Below, one piece after another: positions 40,562-54,561 of a stretch of 64,000 bases of DNA. The notes below the pieces were generated by a model. That model saw only the letters and a program-made list of their open reading frames with translations. It did no database searches and was not told where the DNA came from. This DNA is from Octopus sinensis (lineage: Eukaryota): positions 62,001 through 126,000 of the forward strand of contig NC_043015.1 of assembly GCF_006345805.1 (NCBI RefSeq), written 5' to 3'. Position 1 is the stretch's first letter; the number at the start of each line of letters is the position of its first letter. Position numbers and translations under genes: made by a program.

Positions 40562-41549
40562 TAACATAAGTAATATATAAACATATGCATATATACATAC
40601 ATATATGTACATCCCTGCATCTATATGTATATATACATGCATATAAAGGTACAGGACGCCAAAAAAAAAACCTTGAACACGATGAGAAACGAAAACATAA
40701 AAGCAAAAACATGGAAACGAACTTTTTTTTCAAACAACGAAAGAACAGAGTACAAGACATACAACAAGGAATATTCCCCTTCTTCAGTTGTCCCTGTTTC
40801 GTCTCCTCCGCGTCATATATATATATATATAATATATATATATATACAGTACACACACACTCACACATATAAATGTAGGTATTCATGTATCTATGTGTAT
40901 GTACACCACCACACACGCATAAGCATATACGCAAACATACATACATATACATGTACACACACACATATATACACTATTATACAACACATATTTACCTGTG
41001 TTTTTTTGTGCGCATTTAAGGGCCTTTGTTCTTACATGGCGTATTCGGTGTTGTATTTAACACGCTGTTATAATTCGCTTTCAGTTTCTGTTTTGTCGAG
41101 CTATTTAGAATAAATGCATCTCATTACAGTACACAACGAAAGAGCAAAACGAACGGCGTTGCAAGGCAAGAGAGATTGAAAGAGAGTTACTACGATTTCA
41201 TATACTGGAGGCAAATATTATAACTAATTTATACTAAAACACACGAAAGTACCTAATATTAGGGCACTATATATTGTTACTTATTTTAAGGCTAACGAAA
41301 AGTATATTATTTGTTGGTACGAGATTCACTTAGTGATTAAGAAACTTGCCTGTGATGTATGGTGGCCATATCGGACCGGGCGAGTTAACGTGTTTCTCTA
41401 GTATAAATATTATGGAAAAAGGAAACCTGAGGGATTCAGGCGATTTCTGTGTATATCGTACTACTTCAGCTTGAAAAAGACAGTCGATGTAAACGATTAG
41501 CTTCCCCGTTCTAACATCACCGATTTTGTCTCAAAATTCCAAATTATTA

Positions 41550-41599
<50 letters not shown>

Positions 41600-41705
41600 T
41601 AAATTCCGCCGATGTCGACTTTGCATTTCATCCTTTCGGGGTCGATAAACTAAATACCAGTTTAGTACAGGGCTTGATGTAACTTGTGCGAAACTTGAAA
41701 ACCAT
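41600..41705 (+). mobile_element. SINE family A fragment
   Basis: AAATTCCGCCGATGTCGACTTTGCATTTCATCCTTTCGGGGTCGATAAAC. Confidence 0.85.
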
Positions 41706-42227
41706 TAGTTCTGTTGCCGTTGTTGTTGTTGTCAGATTTGAAAAACTAATTGTCATTAGATTTATATATTCCTGAAGGAAAATAATCATCAATTTGAAAA
41801 ACAAAAATATTCGCCTCTGCTCGTTTCCTAACTATACGTTTTCGGTTTCAGAGCCACGGCCTCAGATTTTACAGAATGCCTTTTACCATATTTCAGTTCA
41901 ATCAAAGCCTTATGCGTATAAACTGGTATATGAAATGTGTATGACATAGTATTGGAGTGATCTGTATCTGTGCTCAAGTGGTAGTTTTAATCCATTGTTC
42001 GTTTTAATGCGGCAGCTAATTCTTTAGTGTCATTGACCGAATCCTCACTGTGGCATGCATTAATACAATATTTGAAATATGAGGATAGCCTGCTCCGTTT
42101 ATTCTCGATTTTACACACCTGGAAAGTTTCATGGCGTTGACCTTTCTTTTTTAATAAATCTAATAAATTAGTTTTTGAAACAATACAGGTGAGAATTATA
42201 AATTTAATCCAGTAATACTATAACCAT

Positions 42228-42485
42228 GGAGGCGCGTGGCTTAGTGGTTAGGGTGTCAGCATCATGATCGTAAGATTGTCGCTTCGTTCCATGACCGGAT
42301 GTCGTGTTGTGTTCTTGAGCAAAACACTACATTTCACGTTGCTCCAGTTCACTCAGCTGGCAAAAATGTGTAACGCTGCGATGGATTGGCGTCTTGTCCA
42401 GCTGGGGAACACATACGCCATAGAAACCGGGAAGCCGGGCCCATGAACCTGGTTAGGCTTTAAAAAGGCGCATTTGTTATTATTT
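42228..42485 (+). mobile_element. tRNA-derived SINE, family C
   Basis: A-box TGGCTTAGTGG in GGAGGCGCGTGGCTTAGTGGTTAGGGTG, then GTGTTCTTGAGCAAAACACT...CACTCAGCTGGCAAAAATG. Confidence 0.85.
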
Positions 42486-43389
42486 TAATACAATAACGAG
42501 AAACTAGATACAATAACCACTTTCTAGATTTTAACAAAGCAGATACTAGGGCAACATTATGTTTCATTGTAGATTCATTGAGGGAGAGTTTCGACTCGCT
42601 TGAAATATGAAACACATCACGATGAAAATCGTGCACTTATAAAACATAGGATATCTTAGTAATTTTTCTTTGATAAACTACCAATATGAAAACAATGAGT
42701 TGTCACGTTTTAATTTTCTTCCAGACTAGACTTGGTACGAAAGTATAACCAGGGCTTGTTTCATGTCAATTAGATAGGTTTATTCTAATTCGACTCGAAC
42801 TAAGAGAGGGCATCGAGAACACACCCGAATGGAGAAACCTATGATGAATTTGTAGTATGTCATTATCGCTAATGGTAGAACGTCAAGCCCACAAAGCTTT
42901 TTGGCTGCGATTGGTGTACAACACGATGCATAAAACATCGACTTTCAGCTTTTGTAGAGCAGATGGCACCACTGACAATTCTCTGACTGGGTCCCTCACT
43001 TCCTAGCGCCGACCCTGACCACAGCTTATAATGTTTGTAACAAAGACGCGTATTGGAATACCTCCACCCATGCATTGGTCCAGGCCGAGGATGTTAAAAA
43101 GAAGTGAAATTTAACGAAATATTCATTAAATTTCTAAGATTACTCCTGGCAAACGCAGTGAGTTATTTCTATTTTGCTACTGTGTATATCCTAACCAAGG
43201 TACGTTTAAACACCTGATCTCTCAGCTACATGTTTTGTACCATATCTATTCAGCTATTCCCGATCTCAAACTGATACAGAATAATATAATTTAATATAAT
43301 GTAGTATAACACGAAAATAAGGTAATTATCATTTCCCTAACTCACACAATTTTTTATGCGTTTTCAGAGTTAGCATCTAATTAAATATA

Positions 43390-43900
43390 TTTGTGGAAAA
43401 TTCACTGTGATATCCTGATTGGAGACCTCAGCATAAGAAAAAACAACAAATTCACTAATTCAAAATTTGTATGGTGTTTTATCAAATTTTGATTCAATAT
43501 ATGTCATCAAATTTGTACCAGAATATTCTTCAATTCCCATTTCTACACAGATATACGAAATCAAATTAAAGATATGTAAGTTTTTGTATACGAAAGATAA
43601 ACGAAAACCAGCTCTGTTGAGCTAATGAGCCTTCGCTTGGCAGTTGCACATTCCTTAGCTTTATATTAATAGATTTTTTCCCAATGTTCATCTTAATGTC
43701 CATGTGCCTTAAGATTGGTGTAGTAGAACTGCAGGTTATTTGTAGGAACCATGTGATTTTAAATTTATGAATGCTCCTCCATCAAGTGTTTACTGCAAAT
43801 GGTTGTAAATCAACGAATTTCTCTCTGCAAAACACATACCAAAATAAAGATTTAACAGCATATGTTCGCTAATGAATAATACTACGACACCTTTTTCCCA
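43390..43900 (-). pseudogene. Decayed THAP/P-element-like transposase fragment
   Basis: With frameshifts: FWYVFCREKF...TTICSKHL (THAP W...C.R...ICSxHF), KLRNVQLPSEGSL (LR...LPS..TL), AGF, CVEMGI (FDEM.I) and FFLC*GLQSG (VFM.RGL). Motifs are in the expected order but compressed. Confidence 0.4.
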
Positions 43901-44636
43901 CCCTCTTTGTAAACCCAATGTGGTTTTCACTTCACATTGCCTGCGAGATGTAGCATGAAGATAATAATGTTCTGAAGATTGTTAGCAATTTTCATATCAT
44001 CTTCAGAAGGAATTTTTTCATGCAAATCGTATTCCGTAATGACAATTAAGAAACAATATATCACTCCACAAGTGTTGGCAGATGTTAATGGTGTGCAGTG
44101 TAGCTTCAATCGAAATATCAGTTGATTTTATTTTTCCTTTTTTTAATTACATGCTTAAAAAATTAAAATCTATAATAAAATATACGAATGAGAATTGGCT
44201 ATAGAATTTAATGACACTTTTTAATTTATAATATTTTCTCTGTGCATATTGTGCAATTATAAATCTTGATGTGTTTTGATGTACAAAGGAAACAATAAGT
44301 TTTCAACTTATGCAGTAGAATCTACTTCATCGTTTAAAGTTGATGTTTCACAATTTCAGTATTCAGAATTAATAAAGCGGAAAAATAAGACAAAACGTTT
44401 GGTACTCTTCATTGTTCTCTCAAGGCGAGCACCTGACAAAAAATCCTACATGTGAGGTGAACTGAGTAATACTACTACATGTGTATGTATGCATTTGTTT
44501 CTGTATTTATACAAGAAAATAAAATAAATTTGCACTCTGAATTCGGTGGACAGTGGTAGGTATTTTAACAAAAATGACAAACCGATAGTTAATATTAAAT
44601 AATTTGCAAGACAGATATTTGATTTAGGGAACATAC

Positions 44637-44869
44637 CTTCGCTCCCAGAAAGGGAAGACAAACAGATGTGCGGCAATTGAAATTAAGAACATGCGAGAAT
44701 GATAGATAATCATGAGATTCAGGAATTCTTGAAAGATGACAGGCTTGAAAAAGACAGTTTGTCTGTCTGAAAACACGATGGCAACTGTAGACATGAGTTC
44801 CTGATGTTTCTGTAGCAATAAGCGTCATCAGCACAGAAATTGCCTTCAGCAAGTATAGCACTTAAACAC
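44637..44869 (-). other. Candidate 233-nt exon; gene unknown
   Basis: Acceptor TTCTACGCTTTTTTGTAG|G and donor GAAG|GTATGT both match consensus; non-repetitive sequence. No frame is open across the whole exon, but two ATG-initiated frames run to the donor. Confidence 0.4.
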
Positions 44870-44984
44870 CTACAAAAAAGCGTAGAACATATGTGTGTTT
44901 GTGTGTGTGTGTGTCTATATGTGTACGTGCGTGTGTGTGTATATATATGTGTGTGTGAGGGTATATGTGTGTGTATGTGCGTGT

Positions 44985-45157
44985 GTACGGCGGCAAGCTA
45001 GCGGTATTTCGTCTGCCGTTATGTTCTGAGTTCAAATTCCGCCGAGGCCCACTTTGCCTTTCCTCCTATCGGGGTCGATAAATAAAGTACCAGTTTCGCA
45101 TTGGGGTCTGTCCTTGTTTGTCCCCTCTATGTTTAGCCACTTGTGGGTAGTAAAGAA

Positions 45158-45160
<3 letters not shown>
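44985..45160 (+). mobile_element. SINE family A with internal deletions
   Basis: GCGGTATTTCGTCTGCCGTTATGTTCTGAGTTCAAATTCCGCCGAGG...AGTAAAGAAATA. Confidence 0.9.
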
Positions 45161-45189
<29 letters not shown>

Positions 45190-45769
45190 ATAACTCAGGT
45201 AATTTGCATACATGAAATGAAAATGAGCTTAACGTGGCCATAGTATGTATTTAAACATCGTTTGTATACATCTGAAGAATTGTGCACAAGATGGAATTTA
45301 TTGGACCTGAAAATGAAGAAAAAGTACGTAAAAGAAAAACAAAAGAGGTAAATAAACACTTGCACTGGAAGTAAAAGAAAAGTAAACACAAAAAAAAACA
45401 ATGATTATTTTGTGGGGAAATATTTTCATCTAATTAACTAATAAATACAAACAGATGCGAGACATATGAATAAAAAAAAACATGAAATATATAAAGACAA
45501 TTGCGATGTAACTGTTTTAGACAGACCAGTATTCACATGAGCAATCACGGGAACAAAAGGACAGACGGCCATATATATATATATATATAGCGAGGGGACC
45601 AATCATATGCAGATAGACAAACAAAGATAGAGAGCATCATGAGAGAAAGAGGGTGAGAAGGAAAGCGAAGAGGAGAGAGAGACAAGGAAATAGAAAGAGT
45701 GAGAGAGAGAGATACAGACAGACAGAGAAAGAGAAGACAAACTTGAAATGGCTATACCATGAAGTGTAT

Positions 45770-45859
45770 TATAAGTGTATATGTATCTATCTATATATGT
45801 GTGTGTGTTTGTGCATGTCTGCATGTGTGTATGTGTGTATTGAATATATATATATATAT

Positions 45860-45894
<35 letters not shown>

Positions 45895-45994
45895 GTATAT
45901 ATATACGTTTATATATGCATATATATATAGATGTGCATATATAAATATATAAATATAAATACATATAGATATAAACATATCTATATAAGATATA

Positions 45995-46025
<31 letters not shown>

Positions 46026-46213
46026 ATGTATGCGAAGCCACGAGAAAAGTTAGCATAGCGAAATAAAGGTAAAAAAAAATGTAAAAGAAACCGAAATGAA
46101 AGAAAAAAAATGCACGAAAAAAATATTAAAGAAAAGATAATTAAAAATAAGAAAACACACAAATGATATGAGTGAAGAGGCAAGCATACATACATACATA
46201 TATATATTATATA

Positions 46214-46270
<57 letters not shown>

Positions 46271-46289
46271 TATGTATGTATATATATAT

Positions 46290-46353
<64 letters not shown>

Positions 46354-46367
46354 TATATATATACATA

Positions 46368-46405
<38 letters not shown>

Positions 46406-46573
46406 CACAGACACACATACACCCTTGCATATGTACACGAGATAGAAAGAACAAACGAATGAAGATGGGATGCCACGGATGGAAGATAATGATTTAGGTT
46501 ACAAAAAAATAAATAAATGAAATAATAAAAACCAATGCATATAAATGTATACATACATGATATATATATATAT

Positions 46574-46632
<59 letters not shown>

Positions 46633-47000
46633 CGTATATATATATATAGATATATATATATATATATATATAAAGAATTTTAAAAAATCATCAAGTGAAG
46701 TAAAAAACATAAATATATAAATAATAATAAAAATAATAATAAAAAATAATAATAAAAAAATTGAAGTCATCGAAGCGTAGCAATGAAAGTTGGCTAATTT
46801 TAACATCCTGTTTAAGTAGCGAACGGTGAATCATTGGCGTGAGAAGAGTGGTTCCTCGTTACGCATCAGTGTTTTTACCAGTCTGCTTTGCTCTTACAGT
46901 GTTTTGCCGCCGTCACACACAGGCTGGCTCTTTCATTCACTGTTGCGAGAAAGGCAACGAAACACTGGTAAACTAAAGAAATATGCAAATCGGTTTCATG

Positions 47001-47062
<62 letters not shown>

Positions 47063-47085
47063 CAAATATATATTTATATTTATAT

Positions 47086-47133
<48 letters not shown>

Positions 47134-47176
47134 TTATATTTATATTTACATTTATATATATATATATATATACATA

Positions 47177-47222
<46 letters not shown>

Positions 47223-47470
47223 CATTTATATAGACATACATATAGATACACAGAACGCACACACACACACACATATATACATACATATGTATGCATGCAT
47301 GTGCGAATGTGTATGCTTTTGTGTATACATATATATTATATACCAACATACGTATTTATAAATATATACGTACACACACTCACATATATATATACATACA
47401 CTCACACAAACACACACACGCTCACAGACACACATGCAGACACCCACATACACACATACACACATACTAA
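45770..47470. repeat. Large (TA)n/(CA)n microsatellite field with a unique island at 46780-46990
   Basis: Read directly. Confidence 0.9.
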
Positions 47471-48191
47471 GAATTATAGATGGAGCAATAGAGAAATGTA
47501 TTCATACACATACTGTAATGGCCTGTAATTTTTTATCTTATTTCTGAAAAGCAAGTCTCTATTGAAATGTGTTTGCGTATGTGTATATGTGTATGTGTAT
47601 ATGTGTGCGTGCATGCGTGTGTATACGAGTTTGTTGTAGCCAACATGTAGTAATATGAATATACATATTATATTCTTGTTTCTGTGTGATTGTTCTATAC
47701 ATATGTACGCATGCATGTATAGATAAATACATATATACGTATGTACATACACGCATATTTGTTTCAACTCTGAAAAGTAATAAGAGATAGAGAGAGCAAG
47801 GAGGAGGTGGAGAAAGAAAAGGTGAGGTAGAGGGAGAGAAAGGGGAAGAAAAGCGTCAGATGTACGTATTTAACAGTTTGGAACATTTGCTATATGCTAT
47901 ATCATTTTATTACAGTCATTAAAATGTCTGACTTTGAAAGAAAGCAAATTTACTCTAAATATCTGCTTTAAACATCTACCGTTTTATCATTTAATGTTAC
48001 TTCGTGCAATTTATCTAAAATACCATGGAAAGTAAATTTTTAGGCTCCCGGCCAACGGGAGATCGTTTACGTAAAGATGGCTGTCGTCTTGTGTGAAAAA
48101 TAATTGTTTTAGAAAAGTTTCCTTGAATAGTATATTTAAACATTAATGCATATTGGCCCAGGTATCTGAGCGGTAAATCTTCCACCCAGTA

Positions 48192-48330
48192 CAGTGGTTC
48201 TCAACCGAGGTCCACATTACTCTTGGAGGTCCAAATAAGAGTTTGCGGAGTTCATGCAAGCAAAACAGTAAACTGGTTCTCCATGGTAATACATTAGGGC
48301 TTTTGTTGTGTGGACGCCCCCAGACGAAGA
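48192..48330 (+). mobile_element. Truncated hAT-type MITE end
   Basis: CAGTGGTTCTCAACCGAGGTCCAC...GGAGGTCCA; no partner TIR found. Confidence 0.55.
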
Positions 48331-50767
48331 AGTAGGCTAGCCCAATACGTAGATATAAAGGGAGAAGTCTAGACGTCGAAGATTGGAGTAGAGAGTCGAG
48401 TTGAGTAGAAGGTATCCGAACGTGCGACATAACAGCTTAATGAAAAAATACTTCGCCTTAGGTGTATATATCGTTAGAATCAGCTAGGTTTCTTTTTCTA
48501 ACCCTTAACATAATTCAGCTTATTTCCAGCCATTGAAACGCATTTTCTCGACGAGTGCCACAAGTCAATGGTTAGAAGACAAAATAGGAATTTGAATGAA
48601 GTATCAATAAATTTATATTTTAAAAATGGAATTGTTATAGGGTACACCAGAATGAAATAATAATGAAAGGGATGCATCGGTAAGAAATGGCTGACTTTTG
48701 TATCGGATAGTCAGAGGAGTATGATCAGCCGCAACATATCTCCATAACATCTCCACAGAATATCTTGAGAACAAGTAAGAAGGTTGTGATAAATCAAGAT
48801 ACCATCTTCCCTTCAGACTGAGAACTAGCAATTATTATTTCAGCAGAGTGCTCTACAAATGTCATCAACAAGGCAGTGTGTGGTGTTAAACTGAGTGAGG
48901 GATTTAGTTTACTTCCCCAAATGACTCTGTACAGAACACATACGTACATCTATAGTTCCACGAAGTGAGATCAAATCTGGATAAAATAATTTGTGAAATG
49001 ATAATATTAACGACGTAATTATGAGTAAAACGAGGAGTAAAAAATGCAATTTTGCTGTATTTTAGTTAAATTTTCTTTTAACTAACTCATAAACGTCATG
49101 AAAAATCATTTAACTTCTCCTAAAGTGTTCAATTTTCGTGGGAAATAGTTTGCAAATATACCATTGTAGGTTTTGCTTATTGAAGCATTTTATAACTAAA
49201 AGTTTACCCATGTTTTCACTTTCTCTCTCTCCCTCCACCTCTGTCTATGTATCTCTCTCTCTCTTTTTCTCTCTCGCTCTCTCTAACCCTCTCTTGTATG
49301 TCAAATGGTGAATTGGTTGTGCTTGTATTATTCTTTCTCAGGGTCGTATTGATAATTAAACTATGAATATATTTCATTGTAAGAAAATAAATCAATAAAA
49401 CCGTCTTGGCTTCACTGAAACTGAAGCAATAGAAACAGCTAAAACTTGTCTGCACAATCCGCAGATTATTTCATTAGTTAAATTAGTTAAGTTTCATTTA
49501 ACTAATACGGCTAATACTTTTAAGAAATACATTAACGTATTTATGTGAATTATTTCAATAGTAGGGTGAATCTCTTTACAAATAGGCTGACTCTCAGAAA
49601 ATTTATACCGCTTTTGTGTTTCTTTTCCGCAAATGACTTATTTAGAATTTTTTTTTAAATCATTAGGCTAGAAATAGTAGCTATACTATATTCTATGTGA
49701 GTAAACCAGGTATGTTATCACAACTGGGGGTTAAATAACAACAATATTAATAAGAAAAAAGCAGTAATAGATAAATGTTTATTTTCAACCCTTGCCCCAA
49801 AAAAAGGGGCTACTTCACAGTCCCGTAGTCTGATAGAAATTTTAGCCAAGACACTCCCAAATTATACCATACTGTTTCATAGAAGAAAAGGAAAGCCCGC
49901 ATTGTATATTCCCGTGCTTTCTACGTTTGCATAAAAAAGCTGTATGTCTACGGCTGATAATTGCACAAAACTGACCTAGACTACACACACACACATATTT
50001 ATATATAAAAGAAAATCAACATCTATATGCGTTATTCATTTATTTAATTAATTAATTAATTATGTGTTTATCTATTTTATTATTTAATTTGAAATTGTGA
50101 GCCTCTTAAACAATTTTAACTCTGGCGTAGGAAGATGGTCTCGAGAAAGCAATCAAACTGTTGCAAGAATAGACGATTATAATGAAAAAAGTAATCTAAC
50201 TTTAAGAATTAATGATTCACCTGCAAAATGCGTAAAACTACGTATATTGTGTTATAGGCAACAACTGGCTTCCACCATTTTTTATGACCGGCCAGAAATT
50301 GCAAATATGTAGAATAAATGAAACTCAGTGACACAAACCGTGAAGGTACCTGCATCATTTGCACGGCTTGATATGAACTTTTCATCTATTGAGGTAAAGC
50401 CCCAAGTTCACTGCTTAACTAGCATGAAATGACAGTCAAACTTCCGCAAATCTTCGCATCATGTCTTAAATAACAAAATTCCATACTGGATAATGCCCTA
50501 TCTAACATAAAAATTCGCGACTACCCCTCTTGAAATTAGTATACAGTTGAACATACGATTGTGCAATCAAGTCTGTCCCTCTCTTTAACAAAAACAGCAA
50601 CAAGAACAACAACAAAAACAACGATAATAACAACGACAGTGATTAATAAAGTCAAGCGTTTGATTCTAGAACCTTTCGTTGATTGCACCTTATTTTAATT
50701 ACTTACTTAAAAGATATGATGTAGTAAGAATGAGTAAATGAGTAGGAATATATATATATAAATATTA

Positions 50768-50798
<31 letters not shown>

Positions 50799-50805
<7 letters not shown>

Positions 50806-51661
50806 AAAGGGCTTAGTAAAATAAATTACTTTGCCGCATTTACTGAAAACATTAGAAATAGCAGCTCTAAAAAATCTTTTTTAAAACTATTCCAATACTT
50901 AAAGAAACCCTCTCTCATATTGTTTGCTCAATTCAACTACGAACGTATGGGTGGTAGAGACATTAAAAAATCAAATGCAAAGGTTATTTGAGAACGTACG
51001 TTTCAAGATTAGTCAAACTCGACACTTCTATCATCAGCTCAGAACTCCCTGGTTTGGATTTGAAAACACTGAAAGTGGGAGCATACCCTTTCGGCTGTTA
51101 TCGCTTCTGAAGATCTGCTCGAAACTAACAGTGCCAACAAACTCAAATATGCAAGCGAAGAATTTCTGCTCTCCCCTTTCCACCAGCGTGGGTTAAAATC
51201 AGCAAACACTATGCTTTTTTCGGTAAAATCCGAGGCATTTAAATAGAGAGAGATGAATTATAATTTCAACAATTGAGGTAAAAATTATTAATTAATCAAT
51301 TTCACCAAGTATTCAGTATGCAAAGGGACCATTTAAGGCGAATTCAAATTATTACATTATATAAAAGGGCTTAGTAAAATAAATTACTTTGCCGCATACT
51401 GAACTCATTAGAAATAGCAGCTAAAAAATCTTTTTTAAAACTATTTCCAATACTTAAAGAAAACCTCTCTCATATATTGTTTGCTCAATTCAACTCACGA
51501 AAGTATGGGGGTAGAGACATTAAAAAATCAAATGCAAAGTAATTTATTTTACTAAGCCCTTTTATATAATGTAATAATTTGAATTCGCCTTAAATGGTCC
51601 CTTTGCATACTGAATACTTGGTGAAATTGATAATTAATTAATTTACCCTCAATTGTTGAAA
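50799..51661. mobile_element. Tandem plus fold-back repeat unit (PLE- or retrozyme-like), flanked by (TA)n on both sides
   Basis: Direct repeats 50799-50982 and 51357-51539 (558-bp period); inverted arms 51264-51392 and 51534-51661; CTGAAGA..GCTCGAAAC at 51107-51125. Confidence 0.65.
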
Positions 51662-51681
51662 TATATATATATATATATATA

Positions 51682-51721
<40 letters not shown>

Positions 51722-52133
51722 ATTCGTAAATATATGTATGCATTTGTATATGTATATATATGTATATATATATATATATATATATAAATATAAGTGAGTG
51801 TGCATTCCCTCGCATATCCCCAATAATAACGATCATTAATTACCTCCCCATAGATTTTTCTATTTGTTAAATCATTCATTCACAAACTTCTCTACACACA
51901 TGGTCTAAAATCTTAAGAATATACGAAATTGCAATAATATCAATGTCATGATCAGCGACAGCGAAACCGGTCGACAAACACAATACTCTTTCACTTATTT
52001 CAAAAACATATATTAAAACTATGTAAGCTGTGTGCATTTTCCTTCTTTTATTTTATATATATATATTTTGCCTTACAACTCACTACTTGGAGATAATCGA
52101 AATTCTCCTCCATACATTTTTGTCACCTCTCTC

Positions 52134-52178
<45 letters not shown>

Positions 52179-52179
52179 A

Positions 52180-52210
<31 letters not shown>

Positions 52211-53672
52211 AACCAATTTATACACACACACATACGCACACACACACACATATTCATAGACATGGCAACTTTTCGCTTAATGCATTTTATGATATACTAA
52301 GTGTAAGGTCAATTTTAGGTTATATGATATCTCTAGAGTTATCGATTTTATTGTCAGCAAAATACACCTCAAAAGAAATATATAAAAAAATGATCACGTG
52401 GTAACGTTCACAGCGCTGGAATTAATTAGCAAACACCTGAAGGTCGAGCACAAATTAGCAACAAAGAATAGCTTAAATAAAAAAAACTCGGCCAAAGCAA
52501 ATATAAGAAAAAATGTAAAAGAAAAAAATAACCACACACCTTCACAACCACAAGCACGCACATACGTAACTTAATGTACACACATATATATATATACACA
52601 AATATACGCGTAAGATACACATTGTGGTGTTGGAGTGAAAAAGAGGGATAACGAGAAGATGAGAGAATGGGACAAATGATACGCCCTAATAGGTATGCCT
52701 ATGGCGGATTGTTTATACACATGAATGAGTATTTAGAAATTTAGAACAATCAAGCTGGATATAAAAAATGATTAAATGTATATATATACATATATATACC
52801 TGTACGTGTGTGTGTTTCGGTATATATATATATATATATGCATGTATGTATGTATATATACATATATGTATATATATATATATACATAATACATACATAT
52901 ATAAATACATACATACACACACAAACACATATATATAAATGTATATACATATACTTATATACATTCATGCATATATTATACACACATATTCATACATACA
53001 TACATACATACATATATACTGAGATAGATAAGTAGATAGATAGCTAGATGCATATTATACGTGTGTATATGTTTGTGTGTATCTGAGTGTGTGCGTGGCC
53101 GCCCATGCTTATTTGTGTGTATGGATGTTTTTTTTTTCTATTCGTTTGAATTGGGGTTTTTTTAATCCCTACAACAGAATTATAAAGGTCCTTATTTTAA
53201 AAATACTTGTTAATCGCCACATAGTGCAATGTTTGTCGTTTAGATTAATGTCCAACTGAGCATTGTATCTCAACTCGATTCGAAACTTTTGGCGAGAAAT
53301 TTATTCATGTAACCGAACATATCCAAAATTTCTTCTAAACTTGAACGTAAAAATTATATTCAATGTTTTATAAGAAATAGAATCACGGACAAGCTTCAGA
53401 TGCATAAGTTTGACAAGAACAACCAGAAAGTGACTGAAGAAATTTTGTTGGAATATTGCACATTTGAGAATTTATTCATAAATTTATGAATTAAATGGAA
53501 TAAACGCAGATGACACGTGCTCGGATTATTGGAACCTCGATTATAACAGGGGGAATATACAGAAATGATAGACTGGGAATAATGAATACAGAATAGAATA
53601 GGAAATATATATAGAGTAAAAGCAATACCATCAGAAAGAAAATAGTACATTGTAGTTGGGCAGAGGCGATAA

Positions 53673-54057
53673 ATCTCTATATATAAATTATCTGTATGTG
53701 GCAGGTTTGGTAGCCTTTAACTAACACTACCTCCTCCGAGGCCCTGCGGCACAAGTTGACCGAAATTGAAGGTATGATAGAAGAAGGCTTGCTTTTGATT
53801 CTGTAGGAGATAAAATTCAAATCTGACCATGTTAACACCAAAAATTATTTACATCAAAAAGGTGCTTTTTTCGTATGAAAATCCCTATTTTTTACGATTT
53901 TTTTACTGCTGTGTCGACATTTTTCGGTGTATTTCAACCAGAAAAATGTTCACTTAAAGAGAATAACAAACTACGTAATGCAGAATTTTTACTTTTCGAA
54001 AATTCCAATTCTAAAGGGTCGAAACAAATCCGAGCAACGCCGGGCGATACTGCTAGT
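53673..54057 (-). mobile_element. Non-autonomous Helitron-like element, second copy
   Basis: Reverse complement of 38302-38694: ATCTCTATATATAAA ... CCGAGCAACGCCGGGCGATACTGCTAGT. Confidence 0.75.
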
Positions 54058-54561
54058 AGGAAAATAAAAGTGTTACGTCTTCGGGTTTGAATATCTCATC
54101 GCCGGTAATGTTATGACGACGTTAAGATGTACAGATCTGGTGTGGGAATAGTATTACCCAAATAAATATTTGGATAGGGTTATCTAGAATAGAATTTCAG
54201 AGAATTAATATGTTCACACAGAATGTGCTCCGTACTACGTCAAACATAGGTACGATATCAAACTAACACAGTGATCCAATACGAACTATCGACGCCGTCA
54301 GCTTCTCGTTGTCAACCGTTTCTTTATTTTATTGATATCCGTCAGTCCAGTTTTGATCCCATGGAGTAGGTCAAGATCCTTCCACAACCGAAAGACAATG
54401 AAGAAAACAAACATGTGAGACGAGTATGTGAATTGTCAAAGATTTAGATACCAGCAATAAAGAGTATTGATGTACTAAGGAATGAAAATGCACCAGGCAA
54501 AATTACAGGATGAAGTGAAATATATACGAGAGAACTAACACCGTTGCTATTTTTTAATATA

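Noticed and set aside
42228-42300. tRNA gene
   Set aside because: The A-box-containing head runs straight into a SINE body; no complete cloverleaf or terminator. The same applies to the other SINE heads.
48540-48860. Possible Gypsy fragment (FSV*REDGILIYHN) on the minus strand
   Set aside because: One weak motif only, not enough to call.
50097-50312. 71-aa ORF, and an antisense LLSRDHLPTPELKLF resembling a BACK domain
   Set aside because: An in-frame stop precedes the motif, no donor follows, and the similarity is too short.
53721-53787. Exon-like segment with a strong donor (GAAG|GTATGA)
   Set aside because: It lies inside the Helitron-like repeat that is also present at 38302-38694.
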